A DNA stretch of 64,000 nt from Solirubrobacterales bacterium. GTDB taxonomy: Bacteria; Actinomycetota; Thermoleophilia; Solirubrobacterales; 70-9. The position numbers were made by a program, and so were the translations under genes. The notes under the pieces are model-generated. The model made no database searches and was not told the origin of the DNA. It saw only the letters and a list, made by a program, of their open reading frames with translations. Shown here one piece after another: positions 1-8,448 of this stretch (position 1 is its first letter; the number at the start of each line of letters is the position of its first letter). The stretch is from contig DASWQL010000005.1 in assembly GCA_036403715.1 (NCBI GenBank), positions 2,295 through 66,294 of the forward strand. Direction: 5' to 3'.

Positions 1-473
1 CGGGTGCCGACGGCGAGGCAAGCGACAGTGCCGACCGAAGTCTCTTCGCAGGCGTGCTCGGGCAGCGCCGCCGTGCCGGCGACCTCGACGCTGCGGGGAC
101 CGATCAGCGAGAGGATCGCCCGTTCGCGGCTGACGTCGCTGACGGCGACGTCGCGCCCGACCGAGTACATCTTCAGGTGGCGCAGGACGGCCGGCAGCGC
201 CTCCGCCTCGGTGTCCAGGAGGATCTCGTCCGGCTTGGTGCGGAGGACCCTCAGGTCCCCCTGCATGTGGCCCTTGCGGTCGAGCAGCGCCGCGTACAGT
301 CCCTCGCCCGGCTCGAGCGCCTCGACGTCGTTGGTCAGCTGACCCTGCAGGTACTCGGCGCCATCGGGGCCGCTCACCAGGAGCACCCCGCGGCCGGAGC
401 GGTCGACCAGGCCGCATTCCTCGCGCAGCTGCCGGTACTCCGCATCCAGCTCGACCGGGGTTTCGGTGCTCAT
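1..473 (-). CDS. Folate-binding aminomethyltransferase-family protein (GcvT/YgfZ-like), N-terminal part; gene runs off the window start
   Basis: Absent from the ORF track because it is open at the window edge. Manual minus-strand translation from ATG at 473 gives MSTETPVELDAEYRQLREECGLVDRSGRGVLLVSGPDGAEYLQGQLTNDVEALEPGEGLYAALLDRKGHMQGDL... There is no stop down to nt 1. This is a typical GcvT/YgfZ N-terminus. Confidence 0.6.
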   Translation of the reverse strand, partial: MSTETPVELDAEYRQLREECGLVDRSGRGVLLVSGPDGAEYLQGQLTNDVEALEPGEGLYAALLDRKGHMQGDLRVLRTKPDEILLDTEAEALPAVLRHLKMYSVGRDVAVSDVSRERAILSLIGPRSVEVAGTAALPEHACEETSVGTVACLAVGT

Positions 474-524
474 CGCAGCGATTCTACGAGCGCTGGGTCG
501 CCGGCTGATTTAGATCCATCGAAA

Positions 525-539
525 ACATCTTTTAGATGT
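525..539. promoter_or_regulatory. AT-rich palindrome ACATCT-TTT-AGATGT; candidate metalloregulator operator
   Basis: Perfect 6-bp arms lie 16 nt upstream of the mntR-like start, in the only AT-rich patch of the divergent intergenic region. TTTAGAT also occurs twice (509-515, 531-537). Confidence 0.3.
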
Positions 540-554
540 GTCAAAATCGCCGCC

Positions 555-1031
555 GTGGCAGACCAGACCAGGGATGCACGCGGGCGGCGCGAGCCCGCCA
601 CCGAGGCAATCGAGGACTACGCGAAGGCGATCTACGCGATCTCCCACGAGCGCGACGGCCTCGTCCTCAACGGCGAGGTCGCCCAGCGCCTCGGGGTGAC
701 GCCGGCGACCGCGACCTCGATGCTCAAACGGCTCGCCGGTCTCGGTCTCGTCGATTACTTCCCCTACAAGGGCGTCTCGCTGACGCCGACCGGCGAACGC
801 GTTGCCCTGGAGGTCATCCGCCACCACCGGCTGATCGAGGCCTATCTCTCGGAGGCGCTGGGGATGCCGGACGACCGCGTCCACGAAGAGGCCGAGGTGC
901 TCGAGCACTACATCTCCGAGGAGCTGGAGGAGCTGATCGCGGCGAAGCTCGGCGAACCGAGCCACGACCCGCACGGCACCCCGATCCCCGGTCCCGACCT
1001 GCTGCCGCCCCCCGCCGGAGGCCGAGCTTGA
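555..1031 (+). CDS. mntR: DtxR/MntR-family metal-dependent transcriptional repressor
   Basis: C-terminal 158 aa of track ORF 54..1031. It contains EAIEDYAKAIYAISHE, LGVTPATATSMLKRLAGLGLVDYFPYKGVSLTPTGERVALEVIRHHRLIEAYL (wHTH plus dimerisation helix) and HEEAEVLEHYIS. GTG at 555 is the first in-frame start after the intergenic region. The gene lies directly upstream of an NRAMP gene. Confidence 0.75.
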   Translation: MADQTRDARGRREPATEAIEDYAKAIYAISHERDGLVLNGEVAQRLGVTPATATSMLKRLAGLGLVDYFPYKGVSLTPTGERVALEVIRHHRLIEAYLSEALGMPDDRVHEEAEVLEHYISEELEELIAAKLGEPSHDPHGTPIPGPDLLPPPAGGRA

Positions 1032-2365
1032 AGCCGCCGCCGGAGGGGGCCACCGTCGAGGAGGCCCGGCACGACCAGGTCACGGTCGAAGACGTCCTCC
1101 CGGGCGAGGCGGCGGTCGCCGAAGCCGCCCGCCGCTCGCTCGACGGCGAAAGCCGCGGCCTCGGCCGCGTCTGGCCATTCCTCGGCCCGGCCTTCGTCGC
1201 CGCCGTCGCCTACATCGACCCCGGCAACTTCGCCACCAACATCAGCGGCGGCGCCAAGTTCGGCTACCTGCTGCTGTGGGTCGTCCTCGCCGCCAACCTG
1301 ATCGCGATGCTGGTCCAGACCCAGTCGGCGAAGCTCGGCATCGCCACCGGCAGGAACCTCGCCGAGCTCTGCCGCGAGCGCTTCTCCCGCCGCACCTCGA
1401 TCGGCCTCTGGCTGCAGGCCGAGCTGGTCGCGATGGCGACCGACATCGCCGAGGTCGTCGGCGCTGCGCTCGGCCTCAACCTGCTCTTCGGGATCCCCCT
1501 GTTCCCGGCCGGGATCATCGCCGGCGCCGGCGCCTTCGCGATCCTCGCCCTGCAGCAGATGGGGTTCCGACGGCTGGAGGCCGGGATCTCGGCCCTGGTC
1601 GGCGTCGTCGTCGCCTCCTTCGTCTTCGAGCTCTTCGACGCCGGCCCCGACGGCGGCGAAATCGCCAAGCATTTGGTCATCCCCGGGTTCGCCGGCACCG
1701 AGAGCATCCTGCTCGCCACCGGGATCATCGGCGCGACGGTGATGCCGCACGTCGTCTACCTGCACTCGGCGCTGACCCAGCGGCGGATCGTCGGCCGCAA
1801 CGGCAGCGAGAGAAAGAAGATCCTCGGCTTCGAGAAGGTCGACGTGGTGATCGCCCTCTCGCTCGCCGGCCTGGTCAACCTCTCGATGATGATCGTCGCC
1901 GCCGCCCTCTTCCACAAGAGCGGCCTGACCGGGGTCGACTCGATCGACGGCGCTTACGAAGGCCTGCAGACGCTGGTCTCCGACCGGGCGGCGACGGTCT
2001 TCGGCATCGCCCTGCTGGCCTCCGGTTTCGCCTCCTCCTCGGTCGGGACGATGGCCGGGCAGGTGGTGATGCAGGGGTTCATCCGCCGCCGCATCCCGCT
2101 CTTCCTGCGCCGCGCGATCACCCTGGCGCCGGCGCTGGTGGTGCTGGCGATCGGCCTCGACCCGACCGCGGCCCTGGTCGGCAGCCAGGTCGTCCTCTCC
2201 TTCGGCATCCCCTTCGCGCTGGTGCCGCTGCTGATCATCGCCGCCAACCGGGAGGTGATGGGGGACCTGGTCAACCCGCGCTGGCTGACTGCAGTCGCCG
2301 GCGTTATCGCGAGCATGATCATCGCCCTCAACCTGTTCCTGCTCCAGCAGGTCTTCTTCGGCTGA
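1028..2365 (+). CDS. mntH: NRAMP-family divalent metal (Mn2+)/H+ symporter
   Basis: Part of track ORF 536..2365. It carries the NRAMP signatures AYIDPGNFATNISGGAKFGY and GATVMPHVVYLHS plus about 11 hydrophobic segments. The start is tentatively TTG 1028, overlapping the mntR stop (TTGA). Confidence 0.85.
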   Translation: MKPPPEGATVEEARHDQVTVEDVLPGEAAVAEAARRSLDGESRGLGRVWPFLGPAFVAAVAYIDPGNFATNISGGAKFGYLLLWVVLAANLIAMLVQTQSAKLGIATGRNLAELCRERFSRRTSIGLWLQAELVAMATDIAEVVGAALGLNLLFGIPLFPAGIIAGAGAFAILALQQMGFRRLEAGISALVGVVVASFVFELFDAGPDGGEIAKHLVIPGFAGTESILLATGIIGATVMPHVVYLHSALTQRRIVGRNGSERKKILGFEKVDVVIALSLAGLVNLSMMIVAAALFHKSGLTGVDSIDGAYEGLQTLVSDRAATVFGIALLASGFASSSVGTMAGQVVMQGFIRRRIPLFLRRAITLAPALVVLAIGLDPTAALVGSQVVLSFGIPFALVPLLIIAANREVMGDLVNPRWLTAVAGVIASMIIALNLFLLQQVFFG

Positions 2366-2393
2366 GCGATCTCGTCGCGGTACGCTTGCGCCA

Positions 2394-2756
2394 GTGAGCC
2401 TGGCCGCCGACTTCCAGCTGATCCTCGAGGCGCTGCCGCCCGACTGGACGGACCTCGAGGTCGACCTGCGGATCGACGACGAGAGGCAGTACATCGACTC
2501 GGCGGTGGCGCTGAGCCAGGTCAACGCGCAGGTCTACTCCCGGGCCGACTGGCACTGGCGGCTGCTCGTCGCCCACAGCTTCGGCCACGCAGCCGCGGCG
2601 GAGACGGTGATGGGGGTCCTGGCCAAGCTCGACGGCGACGGCGTCCGCGGCGAGCTGGCGGTCGCCGAGGTCCGCGAGGGCCGCGCCGAGGTCGTGCAGA
2701 TGTGGGGCCGGCCCGAGAGCGTGCGCGAAGAGTTTCGCCAGCGCCGCTCGCTCTAG
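2394..2756 (+). CDS. Hypothetical protein (120 aa)
   Basis: Track ORF with a GTG start and protein-like composition (MSLAADFQLILEALPPDWTDLEVDLRIDDERQYIDSAVAL...). No recognisable domain. Confidence 0.5.
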   Translation: MSLAADFQLILEALPPDWTDLEVDLRIDDERQYIDSAVALSQVNAQVYSRADWHWRLLVAHSFGHAAAAETVMGVLAKLDGDGVRGELAVAEVREGRAEVVQMWGRPESVREEFRQRRSL

Positions 2757-3082
2757 TGGCGCGCGTCCTCAGCATCGCCACCGACCTGATGCTCTCCAGC
2801 CGGGTCGCCGAGACGCTCGGCGCCGCCGGGCACGAGGTGGCGTCGGCGCCCTCGCTGGCCGAGGCGCCACTGGAGGAGATGGACGTCCTCGTCGCCGATC
2901 TCGACGTCGAGAACCCGGAGGCGCTGGTCGGCCTCGGGGTGCCGGTACTCGGCTACTACTCGCACGTCGACGTCGAGACGCGGCAGGCCGCCGAGGCGGC
3001 GGGGGTCGACATGGTGGTGCCGCGCTCACGGATGGCGCGGGAACTGCCGCATCTGATCGAGCGCCTGCTCGACGCCGGCTAA
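2756..3082 (+). CDS. Hypothetical protein (about 108 aa), possibly a flavodoxin/CheY-like fold
   Basis: In-frame GTG at 2756 overlaps the upstream stop (TAGTG). The sequence VARVLSIATDLMLSSRVAETLGAAGHEV...VLVADLD...VLGYYSHVD shows an alternating beta-alpha pattern. Confidence 0.45.
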   Translation: MARVLSIATDLMLSSRVAETLGAAGHEVASAPSLAEAPLEEMDVLVADLDVENPEALVGLGVPVLGYYSHVDVETRQAAEAAGVDMVVPRSRMARELPHLIERLLDAG

Positions 3083-4038
3083 CCCTTCAGGTCGAACGCT
3101 TCCTCGGGGTCCAGCGGACGTTCCAGCACTCCGTGTTCGAGGTCCCAGGCCGCCCATTCCCTGAGGACGGCCGGGTCGAAAGGTCGCGGGGCGAGGTCGG
3201 GGAGGAGGACCCGCAGCTGCGCTGCCTGGTCGTCGCGTTCGAGCGCCGGGTCGGCGGCGAGGAGGTCGCCCAGCGCCTGGTCGGGATGGGCGCGGGTGAA
3301 GGCGTAGCCGCGGCGGGTCGCGGCGACGACCGCTTCGACCAGCTCGGGGTCGCTCTGCAGGGTGCGGCCGGAGGTGGTGAGGATCAGCTCCGGATAGGGG
3401 GGCGCGCCGTAGCGGTCGACCTTGAAGATCCGCACCGGGACGCCCTCGCGTTGCAGCGCCACCCCCTCCGCGTTCCAGAATCCGGTGGCGGCATCGACCT
3501 TGCCGGCGGCGAGGGCGGAGACGGCGTTGAAGCCGATCGTAACCTCGTCGACGCGGCTGGGATCGCCGCCGTCGGCGCTGACCTCGGAGTCGACCACGGC
3601 TTCGTCGGAGGGCAGACCGGTGACTCCGACCGTGCGCCCTTCGAGCTCGCGCGGCCGGTTGATGCCGCGGTCGCCGCGAGCGATCACGGCGGCGAGCGGG
3701 CGCTGGACGATCGGCGCCACCCCGACCAGGTCGAGGCCGCGCTCGCGGGCGATCCCGAGGTCGTGGATGTCGAGGATCGCGAACTCCGTGCGGCCGGCGG
3801 CGAGCAGCTTCGGCGCATCGGTGGATTCGCCGGGCGGCTGGATCGTCAGCTCGACCCCAGCCGCGCGGTAGAAGCCCTCCGCCTGCGCCGAGTAGATCCC
3901 GGAGTGGACTGCGTTGGGCGTAAAATCAAGCACGAGCGACGCGCCTCTCGGCACGCCCGGTTCCGCGCCGCCCCCGCCGCAGCCGCCGAGGCCGCCGAGC
4001 AAAAGGACGGCCGCCAGCAGCGCGACAGCACGTCTCAT
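3079..4038 (-). CDS. ABC-transporter substrate-binding lipoprotein, NMT1/THI5-like (nitrate/sulfonate/HMP type)
   Basis: Signal peptide with lipobox LLGGLGGC. The mature part reads VLDFTPNAVHSGIYSAQAEGFYRAAGVELTI...GRTVGVTGLPSDEAVV, typical of NMT1/SsuA-like binding proteins. Confidence 0.7.
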   Translation of the reverse strand: MRRAVALLAAVLLLGGLGGCGGGGAEPGVPRGASLVLDFTPNAVHSGIYSAQAEGFYRAAGVELTIQPPGESTDAPKLLAAGRTEFAILDIHDLGIARERGLDLVGVAPIVQRPLAAVIARGDRGINRPRELEGRTVGVTGLPSDEAVVDSEVSADGGDPSRVDEVTIGFNAVSALAAGKVDAATGFWNAEGVALQREGVPVRIFKVDRYGAPPYPELILTTSGRTLQSDPELVEAVVAATRRGYAFTRAHPDQALGDLLAADPALERDDQAAQLRVLLPDLAPRPFDPAVLREWAAWDLEHGVLERPLDPEEAFDLKG

Positions 4039-4118
4039 CTGCCCCCGAACCTATTTCATTGAGCAAATATGAGTAGACTGCCGCCGCTTACTCTGAACGC
4101 GGGATCGAGGAGGAAAGA

Positions 4119-4892
4119 GTGCAGGAACGAGGTCTGGCCGCTTACCTTGCCGAGTTGATCGGCACGCTTTTGCTGGTGTTTTTCGTTTGCACCGTCGTCA
4201 TTCTGTTCGTATCGACCGGCAGCCAGGCCCAGTTCGGCTCGGACTTCGCCGTAATCGGACTGGTTCACGCCTTCCTGCTGTTCGGACTGATCGTCATGTT
4301 CGGCGTCGTCAGCGGCGGGCACTTCAACCCGGCGGTGACGATCGCGGCAGCGGCGATCCGGCGGATCGCTCTGCTCGACGCCGTCATCTACATCCTCGCC
4401 CAGCTCTCCGGCGGCGTCCTCGGCGCTCTGCTGGCCAAGGGTCTGCTGTTGGACGAGGGACGAGCGACCCACTACGGCGCCGCTCAGGTGAGCGGCCTGC
4501 TGGCAGGCAACTTCGCCGGCTCGATTGTCGAGGCCGTCGGCACCTTCTGCCTGGTGCTCGTGATCCTCGCCGCCGTCTACTCCGAGAAGAGCTTCAAGGA
4601 GTGGGCACCGCTGGCGATCGGCACCACCCTGGGGTTCATCGTCATGGTCGGTGGCCCCCTGACCGGCGGCTCCTTCAACCCGGCCCGTTGGTTCGGCCCG
4701 GCGCTGGTCGGCAACGAGTGGGGCGGCGTCTGGCCCTACCTCGTCGGCCCGCTCGTCGGCTCCCTTCTGGCCGCGGTGGTGTACCGGTTCGTGCTCGAGG
4801 CCGGTGGCCTGCCGCCGACCGAACCGCCGGAGCACGTGCGGCCGCCGGTCCCCAAACGGGCGACCCCGACCAGCAGCCGCCCCGCCGGCTGA
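4119..4892 (+). CDS. MIP-family channel (aquaporin/glycerol facilitator)
   Basis: Two NPA boxes (SGGHFNPAVT and GGSFNPARW) and six hydrophobic helices. GTG start is preceded by GAGGAGGAAAG. Confidence 0.85.
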   Translation: MQERGLAAYLAELIGTLLLVFFVCTVVILFVSTGSQAQFGSDFAVIGLVHAFLLFGLIVMFGVVSGGHFNPAVTIAAAAIRRIALLDAVIYILAQLSGGVLGALLAKGLLLDEGRATHYGAAQVSGLLAGNFAGSIVEAVGTFCLVLVILAAVYSEKSFKEWAPLAIGTTLGFIVMVGGPLTGGSFNPARWFGPALVGNEWGGVWPYLVGPLVGSLLAAVVYRFVLEAGGLPPTEPPEHVRPPVPKRATPTSSRPAG

Positions 4893-4915
4893 TCAACCAA
4901 TCCTGATGTCCTGAG

Positions 4916-4940
4916 CCGCCGGGTCGAGCCGACCCGGCGG
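4916..4940 (+). terminator. GC-rich hairpin after the aquaporin gene
   Basis: CCGCCGGGTCG-agc-CGACCCGGCGG forms an 11-bp perfect stem, 24 nt after the stop and followed by TT. Confidence 0.5.
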
Positions 4941-4959
4941 TTGCAGTAGCTTTGCCGGC

Positions 4960-7212
4960 GTGCGTCGAATTACCTTTTCGCGGAATTTCACGCTCTCCCT
5001 CTCGCGCACCTGCCAGTGCTACTGCAAGTACTGCGCCTTCGCCACGCACCAGGCGCACATCCACCCTCCTGAGGAGGTCGAGCGCCGGCTCGAGGAGGCG
5101 CTGAAGCGCAACACCAAGGAGCTGCTCGTGCTGACTGGCGAGCGGCCCGAGGTCAATCCCGAGGTCGCCGCGCGGCTGGCCGAGTGGGGGCACGAGGACT
5201 TCACCTCATACGTCGTCTGGGCCTGCGAGCGGGCGCTCGAGCGCGGCATGCTCCCGCACACGAATCTGGGCGTGCTGAGCAAGGAGGACCTTGGGCGGCT
5301 GCGGGAGGTCACCGCGTCCCAGGGGCTGATGTTGGAGTCGATCTCCGAGCGGCTGATGGAGACCGTTCACGCGGGGTCGCCGACCAAGCACCCGGCGAAG
5401 CGACTGGAGACGATCGAAGCAGCCGGAGAGCTGAAGATCCCGTTCACCAGCGGCATCCTGGTCGGCATCGGCGAGACGGAGGACGAGCGCGTCGAATCCC
5501 TCGAAGCGCTGGCGCAGCTGCAGGAGCGCTACGGCCATATCCAGGAGATCATCCTGCAAAACTTCGTTCCGCATCCGCGGTACTACGGGGCCGAGGTCGC
5601 GGACATCGCCGATCAGGCTTCGCGGGCACGGTGGGCGGGCGATGGGGATGCCCCTGCTGGAGCAACAGATGGGGAGGCTCCCCCAGGGTCATCCCCATCG
5701 CCCACGAACGGTGCCGGGGAACCGGCAATGCCGGCGTGGGCTTCTCCGGTCGGCATCGAGGAGATCAAGCGGCTGATCGCGGAGTGCAAGCGGTTGATGC
5801 CGGATGTGGGGGTACAGGTGCCGCCGAACCTGTCGGACTGGTGGCCGGAGCTCGTCGAGGCAGGAGCGACGGATCTCGGTGGGCTTTCGGCCAACGGGGA
5901 CCACATCTCGCCGGAGGAGCCGTTCCCGAGCCCGCATCAGATTCGCAAGGAGCTGGCGCCGCGGGGCTACGCGTTGACCGAGCGGCTCTGCGTCTACCCG
6001 CAGTACATGGACCCCGAGTGGATGGAGCAGGGGGTCCTCGACGTGATCAAGCTCAAGTACTGGAGCTTCATCCCGCGGCGGGGTTCGGGGCGGACCAGCG
6101 AGGAGTCGTTCGAGGCGGGGACCGCGGAGCGGGCGATCGCCAAGGGGCGCGAGGGCGAGGCGCTCTCCGAGGACGAGCTGACGGCGCTCTTCGCCGAGAC
6201 GCGGCCGGAGGTGATCGAGGAGATGCGGATCGCCGCCGACGAGCTGCGGGCGGAGCTGGCGGGCGAGCGGGCCACCTTCGTCGTCAACCGCAACATCAAC
6301 TTCACCAACATCTGCGTCGTCGGCTGCGCCTTCTGCGGCTTCGGCCAGGGCCGGCGCTCGCCCGACGCCTACGAGGTGTCCGAGGGGGACTTCGCCGCGC
6401 GGATCGAGGAGGCGGTCGAGTTCGGCGCCACCGAGCTCTGCATGCAGGGCGGCATCCATCCCGACCTGACCCTCGAGGAGTACGGCAAGTGGCTGCGGCT
6501 GGCCAAGGAGGTCGCACCGCAGCTCCACCTCCACGCCTACTCGCCGATGGAGGTCCACTACATGTGCGAGCGCTCCGGCAAGGCGCCCGAGGCGGTCTTC
6601 GAATACCTGCTCGACTGCGGCCTCGGGTCGACCCCGGGCACCGCGGCCGAGGTGCTCGACGACGGCGTCCGCCAGCGGATCTCGCCGAACAAGCTGCCCG
6701 CCGCGCGCTGGGTGGAGATCATCGAAGCCTCCCACCGCGCGGGCCTGCGCTCGACCTCGACGGTGATGTTCGGCCACATCGAGGAGCCCCGCGAGCTGGC
6801 TCGCCATATGCGGGTGATCCGCGCCCTGCAGGAGCGCACCGGCGGCATCACCGAGTTCGTCCCGCTCAGCTTCATCCCCTTCAACACGATGCTCGGGCGC
6901 ACCCACGGGATCGAGGAGATCTCGATGGCCGACAACCTCAAGCACACCGCCGCCTTCCGTCTCGCTCTGGGCCGGACGATCACCAACCTGCAGGCGAGCT
7001 GGGTGAAGATGGGCCTAGAGGGGGCGACAGAGGCGCTGCGCTGGGGCGTCAACGACCTCGGCGGCACCCTGATGGAGGAGAACATCTCCCGCATGGCCGG
7101 CTCCCAGCACGGGGTGCGGCTCGAGCCCGAGCAGTTGATCGCCGCCGCCCGAGCCGCCGGCCGCGAACCCGCCCAGCGGACGACGCTCTACGAGGTCGTC
7201 GAGACGTACTAG
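4960..7212 (+). CDS. fbiC: FO synthase (7,8-didemethyl-8-hydroxy-5-deazariboflavin synthase), fused CofG-CofH
   Basis: Two radical-SAM cysteine triads are present: SRTCQCYCKYCAF in the CofG half and NICVVGCAFCGF in the CofH half. Length is 750 aa and the gene sits in the F420 locus. Confidence 0.9.
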   Translation: MRRITFSRNFTLSLSRTCQCYCKYCAFATHQAHIHPPEEVERRLEEALKRNTKELLVLTGERPEVNPEVAARLAEWGHEDFTSYVVWACERALERGMLPHTNLGVLSKEDLGRLREVTASQGLMLESISERLMETVHAGSPTKHPAKRLETIEAAGELKIPFTSGILVGIGETEDERVESLEALAQLQERYGHIQEIILQNFVPHPRYYGAEVADIADQASRARWAGDGDAPAGATDGEAPPGSSPSPTNGAGEPAMPAWASPVGIEEIKRLIAECKRLMPDVGVQVPPNLSDWWPELVEAGATDLGGLSANGDHISPEEPFPSPHQIRKELAPRGYALTERLCVYPQYMDPEWMEQGVLDVIKLKYWSFIPRRGSGRTSEESFEAGTAERAIAKGREGEALSEDELTALFAETRPEVIEEMRIAADELRAELAGERATFVVNRNINFTNICVVGCAFCGFGQGRRSPDAYEVSEGDFAARIEEAVEFGATELCMQGGIHPDLTLEEYGKWLRLAKEVAPQLHLHAYSPMEVHYMCERSGKAPEAVFEYLLDCGLGSTPGTAAEVLDDGVRQRISPNKLPAARWVEIIEASHRAGLRSTSTVMFGHIEEPRELARHMRVIRALQERTGGITEFVPLSFIPFNTMLGRTHGIEEISMADNLKHTAAFRLALGRTITNLQASWVKMGLEGATEALRWGVNDLGGTLMEENISRMAGSQHGVRLEPEQLIAAARAAGREPAQRTTLYEVVETY

Positions 7213-7241
7213 TCGGAGGAGGGCCGGCGCCTTCGCATCGC

Positions 7242-7280
7242 GTGGTTCCTTTTGCCTCCCAGGGAGGCAAAAGGAACCAC
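7242..7280. terminator. Perfect 19-bp-stem palindrome downstream of fbiC
   Basis: GTGGTTCCTTTTGCCTCCC-a-GGGAGGCAAAAGGAACCAC. It lies 30 nt after the fbiC stop and just before the ADH start. Confidence 0.55.
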
Positions 7281-7287
7281 GGGATCG

Positions 7288-8337
7288 ATGTCGCGCGATG
7301 ATGGCCCCATGCGGGCGATGGTCTTGGAGCGGCAGCGCGCGCCGCTGAAGGCGGCGGAGCTGCCTGAGCCCACGCCCGGGCTCGGCCAGGTCCTGCTCCG
7401 GGTGCATGCCTGCGCCGTCTGTCGCACCGACCTCCACATCCTCTACGGCGACCTGACCGAGCCGAAGCTGCCGCTGGTCCTCGGCCACCAGATCGTCGGC
7501 ACGGTGGCCGAGGCCGGGGAGGGCGCGGAGCGGTTCGCCCAGGGGGATCGGGTCGGGGTCCCCTGGCTGGGATGGACGGACGGCGATTGCCGCTACTGCC
7601 TCAGCGGCCGCGAGAACCTCTGCGACCGGGCGCGCTTCACCGGCTACGACATCGACGGGGGATACGCCGAGATGACTGTCGCTGACGAGCGCTACTGCTT
7701 CCCGATCCCGGCCGACTATCCCGACCTGCAGGCGGCGCCGCTGCTCTGCGCCGGGTTGATCGGCTATCGGGCGATGCGCCTGGTCGGCGACGCCGAGCGG
7801 ATCGGCTTCTACGGCTTCGGCGCCGCCGCCCACATCCTCTGCCAGGTCGCCGTCCACGAAGGGCGCCGGGTCTTCGCCTTCACCCGCGAGGGCGACAACG
7901 AGACGCAGGCCTTCGCTCGCGAGCTCGGCGCCGAGTGGGCGGGGTCGGCGGACGAGCCGCCGCCGGAGCCGCTCGACGGGGCGATCGTCTTCGCCCCGGT
8001 CGGGGCGCTGATGATCGCCGCCCTGCGGGCGAGCGCGAAGGGAGCCCGCATCATCAGCGCCGGCATCCACATGAGCGATATCCCCTCGTTCCCCTACGAG
8101 AGCCTCTGGGGCGAGCGCGTGCTGGGCTCGGTCGCGAACCTGACCCGCCGCGACGGCGAGGAGTTCCTCGAGATCGCGCCCGAGGTCCCCGTCCGCACTG
8201 AAGTCTCCGTCTATCCGCTGGAGGAGGCGAACCAGGCCCTGTCCGACATACGAGACGGGACGCTGCACGGGGCTGCGGTGTTGCAGATAGAGCCGCAGGG
8301 CGACCTGCCGCCGCATGGCCATTCCCGGTCCGGGTAG
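7288..8337 (+). CDS. Zinc-dependent alcohol dehydrogenase family oxidoreductase
   Basis: Contains HACAVCRTDLH, LGHQIVG and the structural-Zn loop DGDCRYCLSGRENLC, plus a Rossmann motif FYGFGAAAH. The start is either ATG 7288 or ATG 7309. Confidence 0.85.
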   Translation: MSRDDGPMRAMVLERQRAPLKAAELPEPTPGLGQVLLRVHACAVCRTDLHILYGDLTEPKLPLVLGHQIVGTVAEAGEGAERFAQGDRVGVPWLGWTDGDCRYCLSGRENLCDRARFTGYDIDGGYAEMTVADERYCFPIPADYPDLQAAPLLCAGLIGYRAMRLVGDAERIGFYGFGAAAHILCQVAVHEGRRVFAFTREGDNETQAFARELGAEWAGSADEPPPEPLDGAIVFAPVGALMIAALRASAKGARIISAGIHMSDIPSFPYESLWGERVLGSVANLTRRDGEEFLEIAPEVPVRTEVSVYPLEEANQALSDIRDGTLHGAAVLQIEPQGDLPPHGHSRSG

Positions 8338-8360
8338 CTCATTCCCGGTCCGGGTAGCTG
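8321..8360. repeat. Tandem 20-bp duplication spanning the ADH stop codon
   Basis: ATTCCCGGTCCGGGTAGCTC followed by ATTCCCGGTCCGGGTAGCTG (19/20 identical). The TAG stop lies in the first copy. Confidence 0.8.
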
Positions 8361-8448
8361 GGCGAAGAGCGGCATCGAGCGCATGACCGACAGGGTCAAG
8401 GAGGCGATGCGCAGAGACTGACCCCGGCGCGCGGCGCAGAGGCCCGCG

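Noticed and set aside
908-2524. 538-aa minus-strand ORF antisense to mntH
   Set aside because: Its R/D/G/E/P-rich, low-complexity composition is typical of shadow frames in roughly 70% GC DNA. The opposite strand encodes an unmistakable NRAMP transporter.
4036-4046. Extra TCTCATCTGC response-regulator half-site at the start of the binding-protein gene
   Set aside because: It contains the start codon (CAT on the plus strand) of the minus-strand gene and has no partner half-site 11 bp away. It is probably coincidental.
4039-4118. Possible TPP riboswitch upstream of the NMT1/THI5-like binding protein
   Set aside because: The intergenic region is only 80 nt, and neither strand shows the conserved CUGAGA / ACCUGAUCUGGAUAAUGCCAGCG elements.
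5184-7301. 705-aa plus-strand ORF overlapping fbiC in another frame
   Set aside because: Its Arg/Gly/Ala-rich composition marks it as an alternative frame. The fbiC frame carries both radical-SAM motifs.
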